Source: a virus (Duplodnaviria > Caudoviricetes). Taken from it: DNA of 37,871 nt. A program made the translations under genes and the position numbers. Of the stretch, positions 19,178-27,552 are shown piece after piece. Every line of letters starts with the position of its first letter. Position 1 is the first letter of the stretch. The notes under the pieces were generated by a model. The model saw nothing but the letters and a program-made list of their open reading frames with translations, was not told the DNA's origin and did no database searches. Location of the stretch: positions 1 through 37,871 of the IMG/VR virus record IMGVR_UViG_3300007735_000693; one strand, given 5' to 3'.

Positions 19178-20730
19178 TCCGCAAACTCCTCCTTGTATAA
19201 ATCAACTAATTTAGTATGCGTATCAATTTTACCTTGCAACATTTTGTAAATTTTTTGTTCGACAGGCGAACCTTGTAGGTGCACTACGGTCATCTTATTT
19301 TTCTGTCCAGCACGATCAACACGTGCACAACACTGTATGTATGTTTCAACAGACATAACAGGTGACCAAAATACAACTACGTTAGCTGCGTGGAGTGTAA
19401 CGCCATGTGATGCAGCTTGAGGTTGTATTACCAATACTTGTGGGTCTTTCTTTTCTTGGAAGTTTTTAAATATCTCTGAACGATTATTCATAGATACATC
19501 GCCATGTATTGCAGCGCATGTGATATGGTCTTTGTTTAACTCTGTCATAATTTTTTCAATACTATGTCTAAAAGGACAGAATATGAGAACTTTGTGGCTA
19601 GCTTCTTCAATAATTTCTTTAAGAGCAGTCATGCGGTTAGATATATCAAACTCGATAATCTCTTGTGTATCTGAATAGATAGCCCCCGCACTTACTTGTA
19701 GGAGTTTAGTAAGCATAACACCTGCGTTGACTACAGTAATCTCTTCACCTGAAGCTTGCATATACATATCTTTCTTAAGCTTCTTATAATACTTTTCTTG
19801 TTGTGGTGTGAGAGGGACTTCTCGTGTTGTATATAACACATCAGGTAAGTCAAGACATTCTTCTTTAGTATAACGAATGGCAGGTTGTAGCGTTTTAAAT
19901 ACTATATCCTGCGCATTAAATCTAGGCACCCAGGTGAACTGGCTGACTTTCTGCATTACCATATCCTTAAATGTTCCTGCATATTTGGGAACGGATGCGG
20001 GGTTCACAAGTCTAGCCAGTCCATATGCGTCAGCTGGTGATTGAGCAGCGGGTGTTCCTGTCATAAGCCATATCCACGTGTTAGGTGTTACTACACGATT
20101 TAATGACTTCCAGCGACGTGTCGTGACGGTTTTAATATAATTGGCTTCATCAACCACTATTAAATCAAAACCGCCAGATTTAATTTCTTTCTCTACTATT
20201 TCTACACCATCATAATTAATTATAACTACGTCTGTGTTTTCTGCAAATACTTTTTTTCTTTTTTCTGCACTGCCATGAGCAATACCTACACTTCTATGCA
20301 TAGCAGTTTTAAAGAAGTCTGATTGCCATGCTGCCTGCATAATAGATAGTGGGCACACTACAAGCATGCGTCTAATCTTACCTTGGTTCATTAAGTAATC
20401 AGCTGCCCATATAACTGCTGATGTTTTGCCTGTGCCTGCTTCACTTAAACAATATGCACGTCTATGTGCAGATAGAAAAGTAGCAGTGGTTTTTTGATGA
20501 TCAAAAGGTTTATGAATACCTGGAAAGTTATAGTCACGTGTTATAGGAGAAGGTGGGTTCTTAACCTTCATGTCAGACAGGGTGATGACTTCGTCTAATC
20601 CCCAATTAACAGCTACTTGAGTGACACCATTCTCGTATGTCTTAACGATTTTACTCTTTGGTATCTTATCTATAATTAATTCAGGGCGTTTTGTATTTAC
20701 TATCAACGCCTTATCTTTGTATACTTCCAT
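19174..20730 (-). CDS. SNF2-family (SF2) helicase
   Basis: EAGTGKT, VVDEAN, MTGTP, HGVTL..A, ARVDRAGQ; start moved to MEVYK (20730) because AGGAG lies at 20736-20740. Confidence 0.9.
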   Translation of the reverse strand: MEVYKDKALIVNTKRPELIIDKIPKSKIVKTYENGVTQVAVNWGLDEVITLSDMKVKNPPSPITRDYNFPGIHKPFDHQKTTATFLSAHRRAYCLSEAGTGKTSAVIWAADYLMNQGKIRRMLVVCPLSIMQAAWQSDFFKTAMHRSVGIAHGSAEKRKKVFAENTDVVIINYDGVEIVEKEIKSGGFDLIVVDEANYIKTVTTRRWKSLNRVVTPNTWIWLMTGTPAAQSPADAYGLARLVNPASVPKYAGTFKDMVMQKVSQFTWVPRFNAQDIVFKTLQPAIRYTKEECLDLPDVLYTTREVPLTPQQEKYYKKLKKDMYMQASGEEITVVNAGVMLTKLLQVSAGAIYSDTQEIIEFDISNRMTALKEIIEEASHKVLIFCPFRHSIEKIMTELNKDHITCAAIHGDVSMNNRSEIFKNFQEKKDPQVLVIQPQAASHGVTLHAANVVVFWSPVMSVETYIQCCARVDRAGQKNKMTVVHLQGSPVEQKIYKMLQGKIDTHTKLVDLYKEEFAE

Positions 20731-20746
20731 GCAATCTCCTAGTGAT

Positions 20747-20786
20747 AAAAATAGACGTGTCACCGAGAGAGGTAGTGACACGTCTA
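20747..20786 (-). terminator. Intrinsic terminator-like hairpin just upstream of the helicase RBS
   Basis: Perfect 12-bp stem TAGACGTGTCAC/GTGACACGTCTA, 11-nt loop, followed by TTTTT on the minus strand. Confidence 0.75.
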
Positions 20787-20870
20787 CTGACTACACGTTA
20801 ACACACAGCACGAAAGCGAATAAGAGCTGCTGTTAACTGACGTGGTTTTGCCGCACTCACGCCTGGCGGT
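20747..20870 (-). ncRNA. Candidate structured cis-regulatory leader RNA (pseudoknot + hairpin + terminator)
   Basis: GC-rich intergenic region with stems CCGC/GCGG, GGCGUG/CACGUC, GUUAACA/UGUUAAC, CAGC/GCUG and the 12-bp terminator. Confidence 0.55.
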
Positions 20871-20874
20871 TGAT

Positions 20875-21150
20875 CTATTTCTTTTTAGTAACATTCCTTT
20901 TCATCGAATGATCGCTGTTGCGTGGGTAAGAACTATTAGCACTCTTACTTTTAATACGCATATTGCTAGGTGTATTACTGCCACCTTTACTTAAAGGAAC
21001 TATATGATCAACATCCATACCATCTCCCTTATGCACTTTACCAGCTTTTATCATCATTCGTCTAGCTTTATTTCTAGCAACCCTCATTTTTATTTGTTCT
21101 GGTTTTGCTTTGTATTCGTTTTCTTTTTGATAATCTCTTTCTTTAGCCAT
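20875..21150 (-). CDS. Small HNH endonuclease with Arg-rich N-terminal helix
   Basis: RDY.KE..RVARNKARR..GDGMDVDHIVPLSKGGSN..SNMR....AN. Confidence 0.85.
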   Translation of the reverse strand: MAKERDYQKENEYKAKPEQIKMRVARNKARRMMIKAGKVHKGDGMDVDHIVPLSKGGSNTPSNMRIKSKSANSSYPRNSDHSMKRNVTKKK

Positions 21151-21172
21151 ATACATCCTTTAAATTTATTTG

Positions 21173-21229
21173 TAAAGCACTCTAGGTCAAATCAAGGACC
21201 CTTAATAACAACCTTGCTAAAGTGCTTTA
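21173..21229 (-). other. Long intergenic RNA hairpin
   Basis: Minus strand UAAAGCACUUUAG/CUAGAGUGCUUUA (13 bp, one G-U) enclosing CAAGG/CCUUG. Confidence 0.55.
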
Positions 21230-21246
21230 AAAATATGCACCCTATA

Positions 21247-21921
21247 TTACTTTCCCCAATGTGAACATGATTGAACGGGACAGAACTTCCTACATGCAAA
21301 ATTAGGGACTGCATTGAAAACCCCTGTCTGATGAGCAGTATCTATCCTATGTGTTATTTTACCCCATTCAGCAAACATTTCATCTACTTTGTCAATACTA
21401 TAATCTTCTTTCAAAATTTCTTTACTTACTAAAAATACTAGTCCAGACTTGACTTTTTGCATATCTGGAAAATGTTTAAATATGGCTACACTAAACAATG
21501 ATAGCTGTCTGGTATCTGCATATTGACTTGACTTACCTGTTTTATAATCAATTAAGGTAGCTAGTTTTGTTTCGGGGTTGACAACAAGTAAATCTATTAC
21601 CCCACGCCACCATACATTTTGAGCAAAGAAATCACATGGTTCTAAATCTTTTGTCAATCCTAATTTATATTCACAGTATTTATCGCCTGGAATAGAAATT
21701 AATTTGTCAAGCGTAGGTTGGAACATATTAAACTTCTCAGGCAGAGGAGTTGCGTTCTTGACGTATAATTCACAAGCTTTGTGAACTTCGTTGCCATAAA
21801 GAAAATGTTCTGTATTCGGGTCTTGCTTAATATCTTTTGCTACATACAGATGGTAGTATTGCTTAGGACATTTTTCAAATGTAGTTGCACTTGAGTAAGA
21901 CCACGTTTTAAGTTCAGCCAT
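21247..21921 (-). CDS. PD-(D/E)XK Cas4/RecB-like exonuclease
   Basis: WSYS....FEKCP, G..VH, E, RGVIDL, IDYKTGK, QL, C..FCP...C; start MAELK. Confidence 0.9.
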   Translation of the reverse strand: MAELKTWSYSSATTFEKCPKQYYHLYVAKDIKQDPNTEHFLYGNEVHKACELYVKNATPLPEKFNMFQPTLDKLISIPGDKYCEYKLGLTKDLEPCDFFAQNVWWRGVIDLLVVNPETKLATLIDYKTGKSSQYADTRQLSLFSVAIFKHFPDMQKVKSGLVFLVSKEILKEDYSIDKVDEMFAEWGKITHRIDTAHQTGVFNAVPNFACRKFCPVQSCSHWGK

Positions 21922-22096
21922 TTGATTTCCTATTAAGTTCTTGCATAATCTTTGCACGTTTCTTACCTTTGGGCTCGGCTTTACTTAGTGCCTCTTCTAA
22001 CTGCTTAACAGTAAACGCTTTATACTTTGGTCTACCATTATGGGTAAGCATTGGATTATTATGCCGTCTACTTTTGTGTATTTGTTGTGTCGCCAT
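21914..22096 (-). CDS. Small basic hypothetical protein
   Basis: 60 aa, overlaps neighbours in the operon. Confidence 0.6.
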   Translation of the reverse strand: MATQQIHKSRRHNNPMLTHNGRPKYKAFTVKQLEEALSKAEPKGKKRAKIMQELNRKSNG

Positions 22097-22298
22097 TATC
22101 TACCTTTTGGACTTCGCCTGTTGATTTGTTAAGTTCATACTCTGCTAATTCTGTATATAATTCTTTATGTTCTTTGATGCTTTCTTCTAATGCTTTTTTC
22201 TTGCCAAAGATTCTATCCCAACCATCACTAAACATATCACTGCTTGGTTTACTTACAATGAAGTCTCCTGTTACATCATTTTTAGCGGTCTTTTTCAT
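22068..22298 (-). CDS. Small phage protein
   Basis: AKNDVTGD.I.SK......GWDRIFGKK motif common in phages. Confidence 0.7.
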   Translation of the reverse strand: MKKTAKNDVTGDFIVSKPSSDMFSDGWDRIFGKKKALEESIKEHKELYTELAEYELNKSTGEVQKVDNGDTTNTQK

Positions 22299-22782
22299 AG
22301 TGTTCTTTTATATCTTTTACAAGTTGATCAAATGTTAATTCGTCTTTACCCTTAAGAAACTCTATGCTTAATAAATAACGAGTCGTTTCAAAATTATACA
22401 CTGTATGATTAGCTTGTGTATTAAAAATATAATAAGTTATGGGTTTGTATTTTAGTTCCTCAAACTTAAATACAACTTCGTTTGTATCATCAGCAAAAGC
22501 ACATACACTTCTAACGTGTGGTGTTAATAACATATTTACTCCAACACCCCGTCTAGTATCTTTATGCCAACTATAACAAGTATATGGGTCAAGCTTTATT
22601 ACTCCTGCAAGAAACTCATATCTTGCATGTAACCATCTAAAAAAGTTATCTTTAGCTATAATTTCAGGTGGTATAGGTTTAGCACTAAAGTTATAGTAAG
22701 GAAACCATGGACTAGAACTAAACGCATAATCTAATACTTCATTAGCTATGGTTGATTTAATTCCTATCTCATAGTAGTTCAT
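22282..22782 (-). CDS. 2OG-Fe(II)/AspH-like dioxygenase (cupin fold)
   Basis: YSWHKD (HxD), HTVYN, RYLLSI; TAATG coupling to polA. Confidence 0.7.
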   Translation of the reverse strand: MNYYEIGIKSTIANEVLDYAFSSSPWFPYYNFSAKPIPPEIIAKDNFFRWLHARYEFLAGVIKLDPYTCYSWHKDTRRGVGVNMLLTPHVRSVCAFADDTNEVVFKFEELKYKPITYYIFNTQANHTVYNFETTRYLLSIEFLKGKDELTFDQLVKDIKEHYEKDR

Positions 22783-24608
22783 TACTTAGCATCCATGTAG
22801 TTATCACCGATACCTACTTCACAACCTAACGGTAAATCTTCACACCATTTAGGTGCAGTAGTCATACATTGTTCAACATAGGCTTTACACGCATCTACTT
22901 CTTTGTCTTTACATAACATGACAAGTTCATCATGCACAGTCATAACGACAGGATACCTTTTCGATACTTGTATTAATTGTTCTGCTATTATATCACGAGC
23001 CAACGATTGTATGCAACGTTGAAATGTTTTGGCAGGGTGAATATATTCAGGAATTATAGTTCTACCCATAAGTTTATCGTAAGCCCATGACTCTCCTGTG
23101 TCTGTCTTTAACTTTCTTAAGTTAGGTAATCCTAACATCATGCCATTAGGTTTCATCATGCCTTCATGTGGAACGCTTGTGATAATACCACCATTACCCA
23201 TTTTATATACTTGTCCTGCACGAACACTTTCTAACATTGTGCCTGCATCAGCCCATGCTGCAACCAATTCGGGATTAGCACGTCTGTAGGCATATACAAT
23301 ATTTTTAACTTCATTTAATTCTTTTTTCACCCCACCTTGTTTTAAAATAGAGTGCATCTTATTAGCACCTACACCATAAATACCTGATAAGTTTACTACT
23401 TTAAAAATATACCGTAAGTCTTTAGATACTTCATCATAAGGTGTGCCTGTAATCTCACTTGCTGATTGTTTATATAAGTCAATACCTTTTTTAATTTGGT
23501 CTATCTTGCCATATGATTTAGCAAACCAATAGGCTAGTCTTAACTCAATATTACTTAAATCAGATGCAACTATTTTATAACCTTTTGGTGCACATATAGC
23601 TCGGCGTAGCTCTGATGTTCTTGGTAAGTTCTGTAAGTTAATACCATCTACACCACTCCATCTGTGTGATACTGTTGCCCCTGCATACTTCAAAGGCACA
23701 GGAAGTTTTCCTCTGTTAGCTATTTGAATAAAGTTTTCTGTTCTTGTTTCCTCAATCGTCGACTTGTTCCCGATACGAGCCGCCGCCAACGCTTGAACGT
23801 ATGGGTTATCATGTTCCAATAAAGCTTTAAACTCTTCATCTGTTTTAGCAAACGCATATGTTTCCTTTCCTGTGGTTGCACTAATTTTTGTTGGGGGTGT
23901 GATACCTTGTTCAATAAGTAACTCAGCAAACTTAGGGTTACTCATCAGTTCTTCTTTATCTACTGTAACTTTAGCTAGTAGTTTTTCTTTAGCGTCTTTA
24001 ACTTCGTGGAGATGTTTAATTAACAAACCTTTGTTAAGTTCTAACTTAGGTTCTGTAAACATACGGATAGTTAAATCGATAAGCTTCATCTCTGGTGCAG
24101 TAAACTTATCTTTTAACTCTGTGAATAATTCGTAGGTTAGTTCTACGTCATTGATACAATATTTAGCGTATGCACACATCTCACTTGCAGTAAAGTCAAT
24201 TCTACGTTTACCTAATGCATCTAATACTTCTGTTCCCTTCTCACCTAACTCATATAACTTAGATAAGTTAGCTAATGATACTGACTCAGTTAAGCCATGT
24301 AATATTTGAGCCATACTCATAGTATCAAACAAACCTAGTGGGTGAATGTCGTAGTGCCATGAAAGAATGGCGGCATCAAACCTCATGTTATGTCCTAACA
24401 CAAAGTGTTTGTGCATCTCGTAGGTATCTAAAAAAGTTTTAATCTCTTCATGAGTGCCTGATACCCATTTAGTTACACCATCAGCTTTAACTGCAACACC
24501 AATGGTTTCAAACCTATCATCTCGTATATATTCTTCTGTTGTTAACTTCTTTAAACCATACTCTTTATCGTAGTATGTTTCAAAGTCCAACGTAATTAGT
24601 TTAGGCAT
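22782..24608 (-). CDS. polA: Family A DNA polymerase with 3'-5' exonuclease
   Basis: LDFETY, HN..FD, YC..DV exonuclease motifs; NLQNLPR, SDLSNIELR (A), RYIFKVVNLSGIYG (B), TVHDEL (C). Confidence 0.95.
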   Translation of the reverse strand: MPKLITLDFETYYDKEYGLKKLTTEEYIRDDRFETIGVAVKADGVTKWVSGTHEEIKTFLDTYEMHKHFVLGHNMRFDAAILSWHYDIHPLGLFDTMSMAQILHGLTESVSLANLSKLYELGEKGTEVLDALGKRRIDFTASEMCAYAKYCINDVELTYELFTELKDKFTAPEMKLIDLTIRMFTEPKLELNKGLLIKHLHEVKDAKEKLLAKVTVDKEELMSNPKFAELLIEQGITPPTKISATTGKETYAFAKTDEEFKALLEHDNPYVQALAAARIGNKSTIEETRTENFIQIANRGKLPVPLKYAGATVSHRWSGVDGINLQNLPRTSELRRAICAPKGYKIVASDLSNIELRLAYWFAKSYGKIDQIKKGIDLYKQSASEITGTPYDEVSKDLRYIFKVVNLSGIYGVGANKMHSILKQGGVKKELNEVKNIVYAYRRANPELVAAWADAGTMLESVRAGQVYKMGNGGIITSVPHEGMMKPNGMMLGLPNLRKLKTDTGESWAYDKLMGRTIIPEYIHPAKTFQRCIQSLARDIIAEQLIQVSKRYPVVMTVHDELVMLCKDKEVDACKAYVEQCMTTAPKWCEDLPLGCEVGIGDNYMDAK

Positions 24609-24753
24609 TCTCTATTTCTTTCTTAGCTAGGTTGTAACCTGCTTTCCAAGCTTCCCACATTTTTTCATCATCATATTGTAATGACGCTAGGCTAGGGCTT
24701 TGTAGAAAAAATCTTTCATACCAAAACTTAAACTCTTCACTATAGTCATTCAC
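24601..24753 (-). CDS. Hypothetical 50-aa protein (not in ORF track)
   Basis: GTG start; MNDYSEEFKFWYERFF...MWEAWKAGYNLAKKEIENA; fills the gap with overlaps on both sides. Confidence 0.6.
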   Translation of the reverse strand: MNDYSEEFKFWYERFFLQSPSLASLQYDDEKMWEAWKAGYNLAKKEIENA

Positions 24754-24953
24754 TTTAATATACTCCAACAGATTTGTAGTTTATTCCAAAACGTTAACTT
24801 CTTTGAATTTGCTACTGTGTAATCTGCTAATGCTTTTTGTATGCCTGCTTGCAATATAACTTCTCTACCTGCTTGGTTCATGTCAAGCGTTAATTTACAT
24901 TCACCTGCTTTTGTGTCTTTAATACTTACAACTTTTATATATGGTTTAGCCAT
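24750..24953 (-). CDS. Hypothetical protein
   Basis: 67 aa, coupled overlaps. Confidence 0.6.
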   Translation of the reverse strand: MAKPYIKVVSIKDTKAGECKLTLDMNQAGREVILQAGIQKALADYTVANSKKLTFWNKLQICWSILK

Positions 24954-25147
24954 TATTTCCCCCTTACTCTTGCTTTAACTGCGTGTTCGTAGATTGCAGC
25001 GATGTCAATAACTTCTTCTGACTTTAGTCCTTTAGGTCTAATTTTGATAACACCATGATGTATGGTTACGATGAGGTTGCGTTCGCCACGATCGAATGTC
25101 GTAGCAGAAGTCTCCCTAACGGTAGGCTTCGTTGACTTTGTTGCCAT
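24953..25147 (-). CDS. Hypothetical protein
   Basis: 64 aa, AAGGAGAG RBS. Confidence 0.7.
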   Translation of the reverse strand: MATKSTKPTVRETSATTFDRGERNLIVTIHHGVIKIRPKGLKSEEVIDIAAIYEHAVKARVRGK

Positions 25148-25159
25148 AACTCTCTCCTT

Positions 25160-25357
25160 TTATTTGCGTCTATTGACGTGGTAGTCCCAATCGTCAGCAC
25201 AATCTTTATCGCACCAACGTTTTGAGTCATTTAGTTTCTCGCCACAGTTTAAACAAAAACCTGTAGGCTTGATATAGTTGATGCCATTCATTTCTTTACG
25301 GCGAATGGCGTCCTCTAATTCTATTCTATCCTGCGTTTTATCTGCATCATCTGACAT
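25160..25357 (-). CDS. TraR/DksA-like C4 zinc-finger protein
   Basis: MSDDADKT N-term (TraR has DxxDxA), CLNC...CDKDC. Confidence 0.65.
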   Translation of the reverse strand: MSDDADKTQDRIELEDAIRRKEMNGINYIKPTGFCLNCGEKLNDSKRWCDKDCADDWDYHVNRRK

Positions 25358-25496
25358 ATTTAAGCTTTTGTATTACCAATCGAATTATGAATAAGTCTAT
25401 CACTAAAGAAAAGATATAGGGTGCATCTTCCTCTAGAAATTTAAGTTCTAATCCTACCATAACTCCTGATATTAGTCCAAGCTGAAATACCCACAT
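25347..25496 (-). CDS. Hypothetical 49-aa protein (not in ORF track)
   Basis: MWVFQLGLISGVMVGLELKF...LVIDLFIIRL; TAATG coupling. Confidence 0.55.
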   Translation of the reverse strand: MWVFQLGLISGVMVGLELKFLEEDAPYIFSLVIDLFIIRLVIQKLKYVR

Positions 25497-25858
25497 TACT
25501 TAGAATTCACAGTCTGTTTCTCGATAGTTTTTACCCATCTGTTAACATACCATTGTGTCTTTTTGGCATCTTGAAGTTCATCGTCTTTATGTCCTGCTCT
25601 AGTTAAATACTTTAACGCAGTTAGTTTAAGATGTCCTTTAAACTCCTCAGGTGTAGACTTAGCTTCCATAATATCTATAGTCTCCATACCTCCTTGAGTA
25701 TAGTGTGGTGGGTGGTTGACCATGTCTTGTTCTTTTTCCATAGACAGCATCATTCTATATTTTGGTCTTTTTTTCTCTGTCATATTTTCTCCTGCTCCTG
25801 TTAATTTAACTGCACTTGAACCTGTGTAATTATTTAAAATAGTTTTCATTCTTGTCAT
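25496..25858 (-). CDS. DUF3310/SaV-like protein (T7 gp1.7-like nucleotide kinase family)
   Basis: DMVNHPPHYTQGGMETIDI, KYL.RAG.K, QD.KK..WY. Confidence 0.85.
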   Translation of the reverse strand: MTRMKTILNNYTGSSAVKLTGAGENMTEKKRPKYRMMLSMEKEQDMVNHPPHYTQGGMETIDIMEAKSTPEEFKGHLKLTALKYLTRAGHKDDELQDAKKTQWYVNRWVKTIEKQTVNSK

Positions 25859-26151
25859 GTAAGTGTCTCCAATCTTTGTTCTAAAGCTTCTAAATCGTCT
25901 TCATTTACTACTAATGCTATTCCGTTATTATCTCGTATAGCTTCAAGGTTTCGTAATTGTATTTCTGTAGGGCGGTTCTTGCCTGCTTTACATTCTATAC
26001 CTACAAATCTACCTTTTACACACGCAACAATATCAGGCACACCTAAACTTTGATATGGACCTGCAACGGGAAAAAAGTAGTAAAGATGCCTAGCTTTCAA
26101 CATCTTTACTACTTGTTGTTTAACCCACTTTTCTTTTACAGGTTGTTTCAC
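25855..26151 (-). CDS. VRR-NUC nuclease / Holliday-junction resolvase
   Basis: GVPDIVAC, FVGIECKAGKN.PT..Q, G.ALVVN. Confidence 0.9.
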   Translation of the reverse strand: MKQPVKEKWVKQQVVKMLKARHLYYFFPVAGPYQSLGVPDIVACVKGRFVGIECKAGKNRPTEIQLRNLEAIRDNNGIALVVNEDDLEALEQRLETLT

Positions 26152-26456
26152 TTTGGTATCTCCATCATAAGTTGCATGGCTCTAGCTTTTTTATGATGAT
26201 ACTCCATACCTTTCTGAGTTATTACCCTCATATCAAGTTTTTGCATCATGGCTGTATTTATTTTACCTAAAGCCTCACGATATTCTAAATAAACTTCATC
26301 AGTATCGTTTTCAGCAATTACATAAAATTGACCATCTCTTATGCCTACGTTTTTAACATACTTACCTATGTCAACAAGTTTAAGTATAGCTATTTTTTCT
26401 TTGTCTTCTTTAGATAAAATTGATGAGTTTTCATCTAATGCATGATATATTTTCAT
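26148..26456 (-). CDS. Hypothetical protein
   Basis: 102 aa; KIAILKL....V.NVG.R motif. Confidence 0.7.
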   Translation of the reverse strand: MKIYHALDENSSILSKEDKEKIAILKLVDIGKYVKNVGIRDGQFYVIAENDTDEVYLEYREALGKINTAMMQKLDMRVITQKGMEYHHKKARAMQLMMEIPK

Positions 26457-27295
26457 ATGGTTTCCATAATTTGATTAACTTTGTTTAATATTTCTTGACG
26501 AGCACCTGGACTTACACGCAACTCATCAGCAGTTACACCAACCAACGATTGCTCAAGTGAACGTCTAGCACTTTCTAATTTAGGGTCGTTTGTTACATTA
26601 AGCCTTGTTAAGAGATTTGTCAACTCTAACGCATTATCGACTAGACTATCTCTAAATATTTTCTTTTCCTCACCACTTAATCTATCTATCATATGTTCTA
26701 GTGTGGTGTGTAGTCTTGACCATGCGTCACTCATGGCGGCTTCAACTCTACCCTCGTATGCCTTCTGATATTCTTGTTGCATCTCATTACGAATATCATC
26801 TGCAATATCAACACGGAAGTCATTTGTTTCAGGCACAGGCATAATAGTATATCTCAAGTTAAACTTATTTGCAATCTTATCTGCATCGGGGTATTCTCCT
26901 CTGTCAAATAGTTTACCTAGTTTAAATGCCATACCTTGTATGATGTTTGGATACTGTTGTATAAATGTATTTATACGAGATTTAAATTCAGCTTCATAAA
27001 TGCCTAGCTGTTGCTTGTAATCAAAGAAGTTAGTCATAGGTAATAACCTTGTGCCTGTATCTGACCAAGGCAGAGTTTGTCTACCATGCCAATCACGAAT
27101 TTCATTTGCTAACTTTGTGATAGCATCTAGTTGGTCTGAACCTGCAAGGATATGTTTGTTATAGTTACCTGCCTTGATGGTTGTGTTTTTGTTTATATCA
27201 ATTTCTTTAGACACATTCTTATCTAGTTTCCTAGCTGTCCATACTGATATGTTTAAGTCAATTAAGACTGCACTGCTTGCTATACTGATACTCAT
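26453..27295 (-). CDS. DUF3150-like protein
   Basis: L.ISVW.ARKLD, K.IL, H...TLPW...G.RLLP, EYP, FRDSL, LN.TND. Confidence 0.7.
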   Translation of the reverse strand: MSISIASSAVLIDLNISVWTARKLDKNVSKEIDINKNTTIKAGNYNKHILAGSDQLDAITKLANEIRDWHGRQTLPWSDTGTRLLPMTNFFDYKQQLGIYEAEFKSRINTFIQQYPNIIQGMAFKLGKLFDRGEYPDADKIANKFNLRYTIMPVPETNDFRVDIADDIRNEMQQEYQKAYEGRVEAAMSDAWSRLHTTLEHMIDRLSGEEKKIFRDSLVDNALELTNLLTRLNVTNDPKLESARRSLEQSLVGVTADELRVSPGARQEILNKVNQIMETI

Positions 27296-27552
27296 TTTAT
27301 TTCCTCCTCTATGTTAATAATTTTATGTAATGCAGGGTGATACAATAGATGTTTGTATGTTTCTTCAAAATCTAATCTTTTGTATTTCCATTTTGGTTTT
27401 TTATCTTTGAACCAATCTGTATCTACTAACTGCATCAATACATGATGCAAAGCCCAATAGTCCATACGATACTCTTCATCGTTGTGGTCTCTCACAGATA
27501 TAACTGTTCCCCATTTGCAAGTTAACAAGTTTACGCTTTTAGGTTTAGGCAT
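27292..27552 (-). CDS. Hypothetical protein
   Basis: Likely start MPKPK overlapping the upstream stop. Confidence 0.55.
   Translation of the reverse strand: MPKPKSVNLLTCKWGTVISVRDHNDEEYRMDYWALHHVLMQLVDTDWFKDKKPKWKYKRLDFEETYKHLLYHPALHKIINIEEEIK

Noticed and set aside
20787-20875. Known ribozyme or riboswitch (hammerhead, pistol, ZTP-like ACUGACG..CGCCUGG on + strand)
   Set aside because: No CUGANGA core, pistol P2/P3 missing, ZTP P1/P2 missing, and these resemblances are on the strand antisense to the operon
20731-20890. Frameshift or readthrough fusing HNH to the helicase (AAA AAG AAA TAG + pseudoknot)
   Set aside because: All three frames hit stops before the helicase start, so no fusion is possible
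21247-21921. Cas4 as evidence of a CRISPR system
   Set aside because: Stand-alone Cas4-like nucleases are normal in phage replication modules; no cas1/cas2 or array
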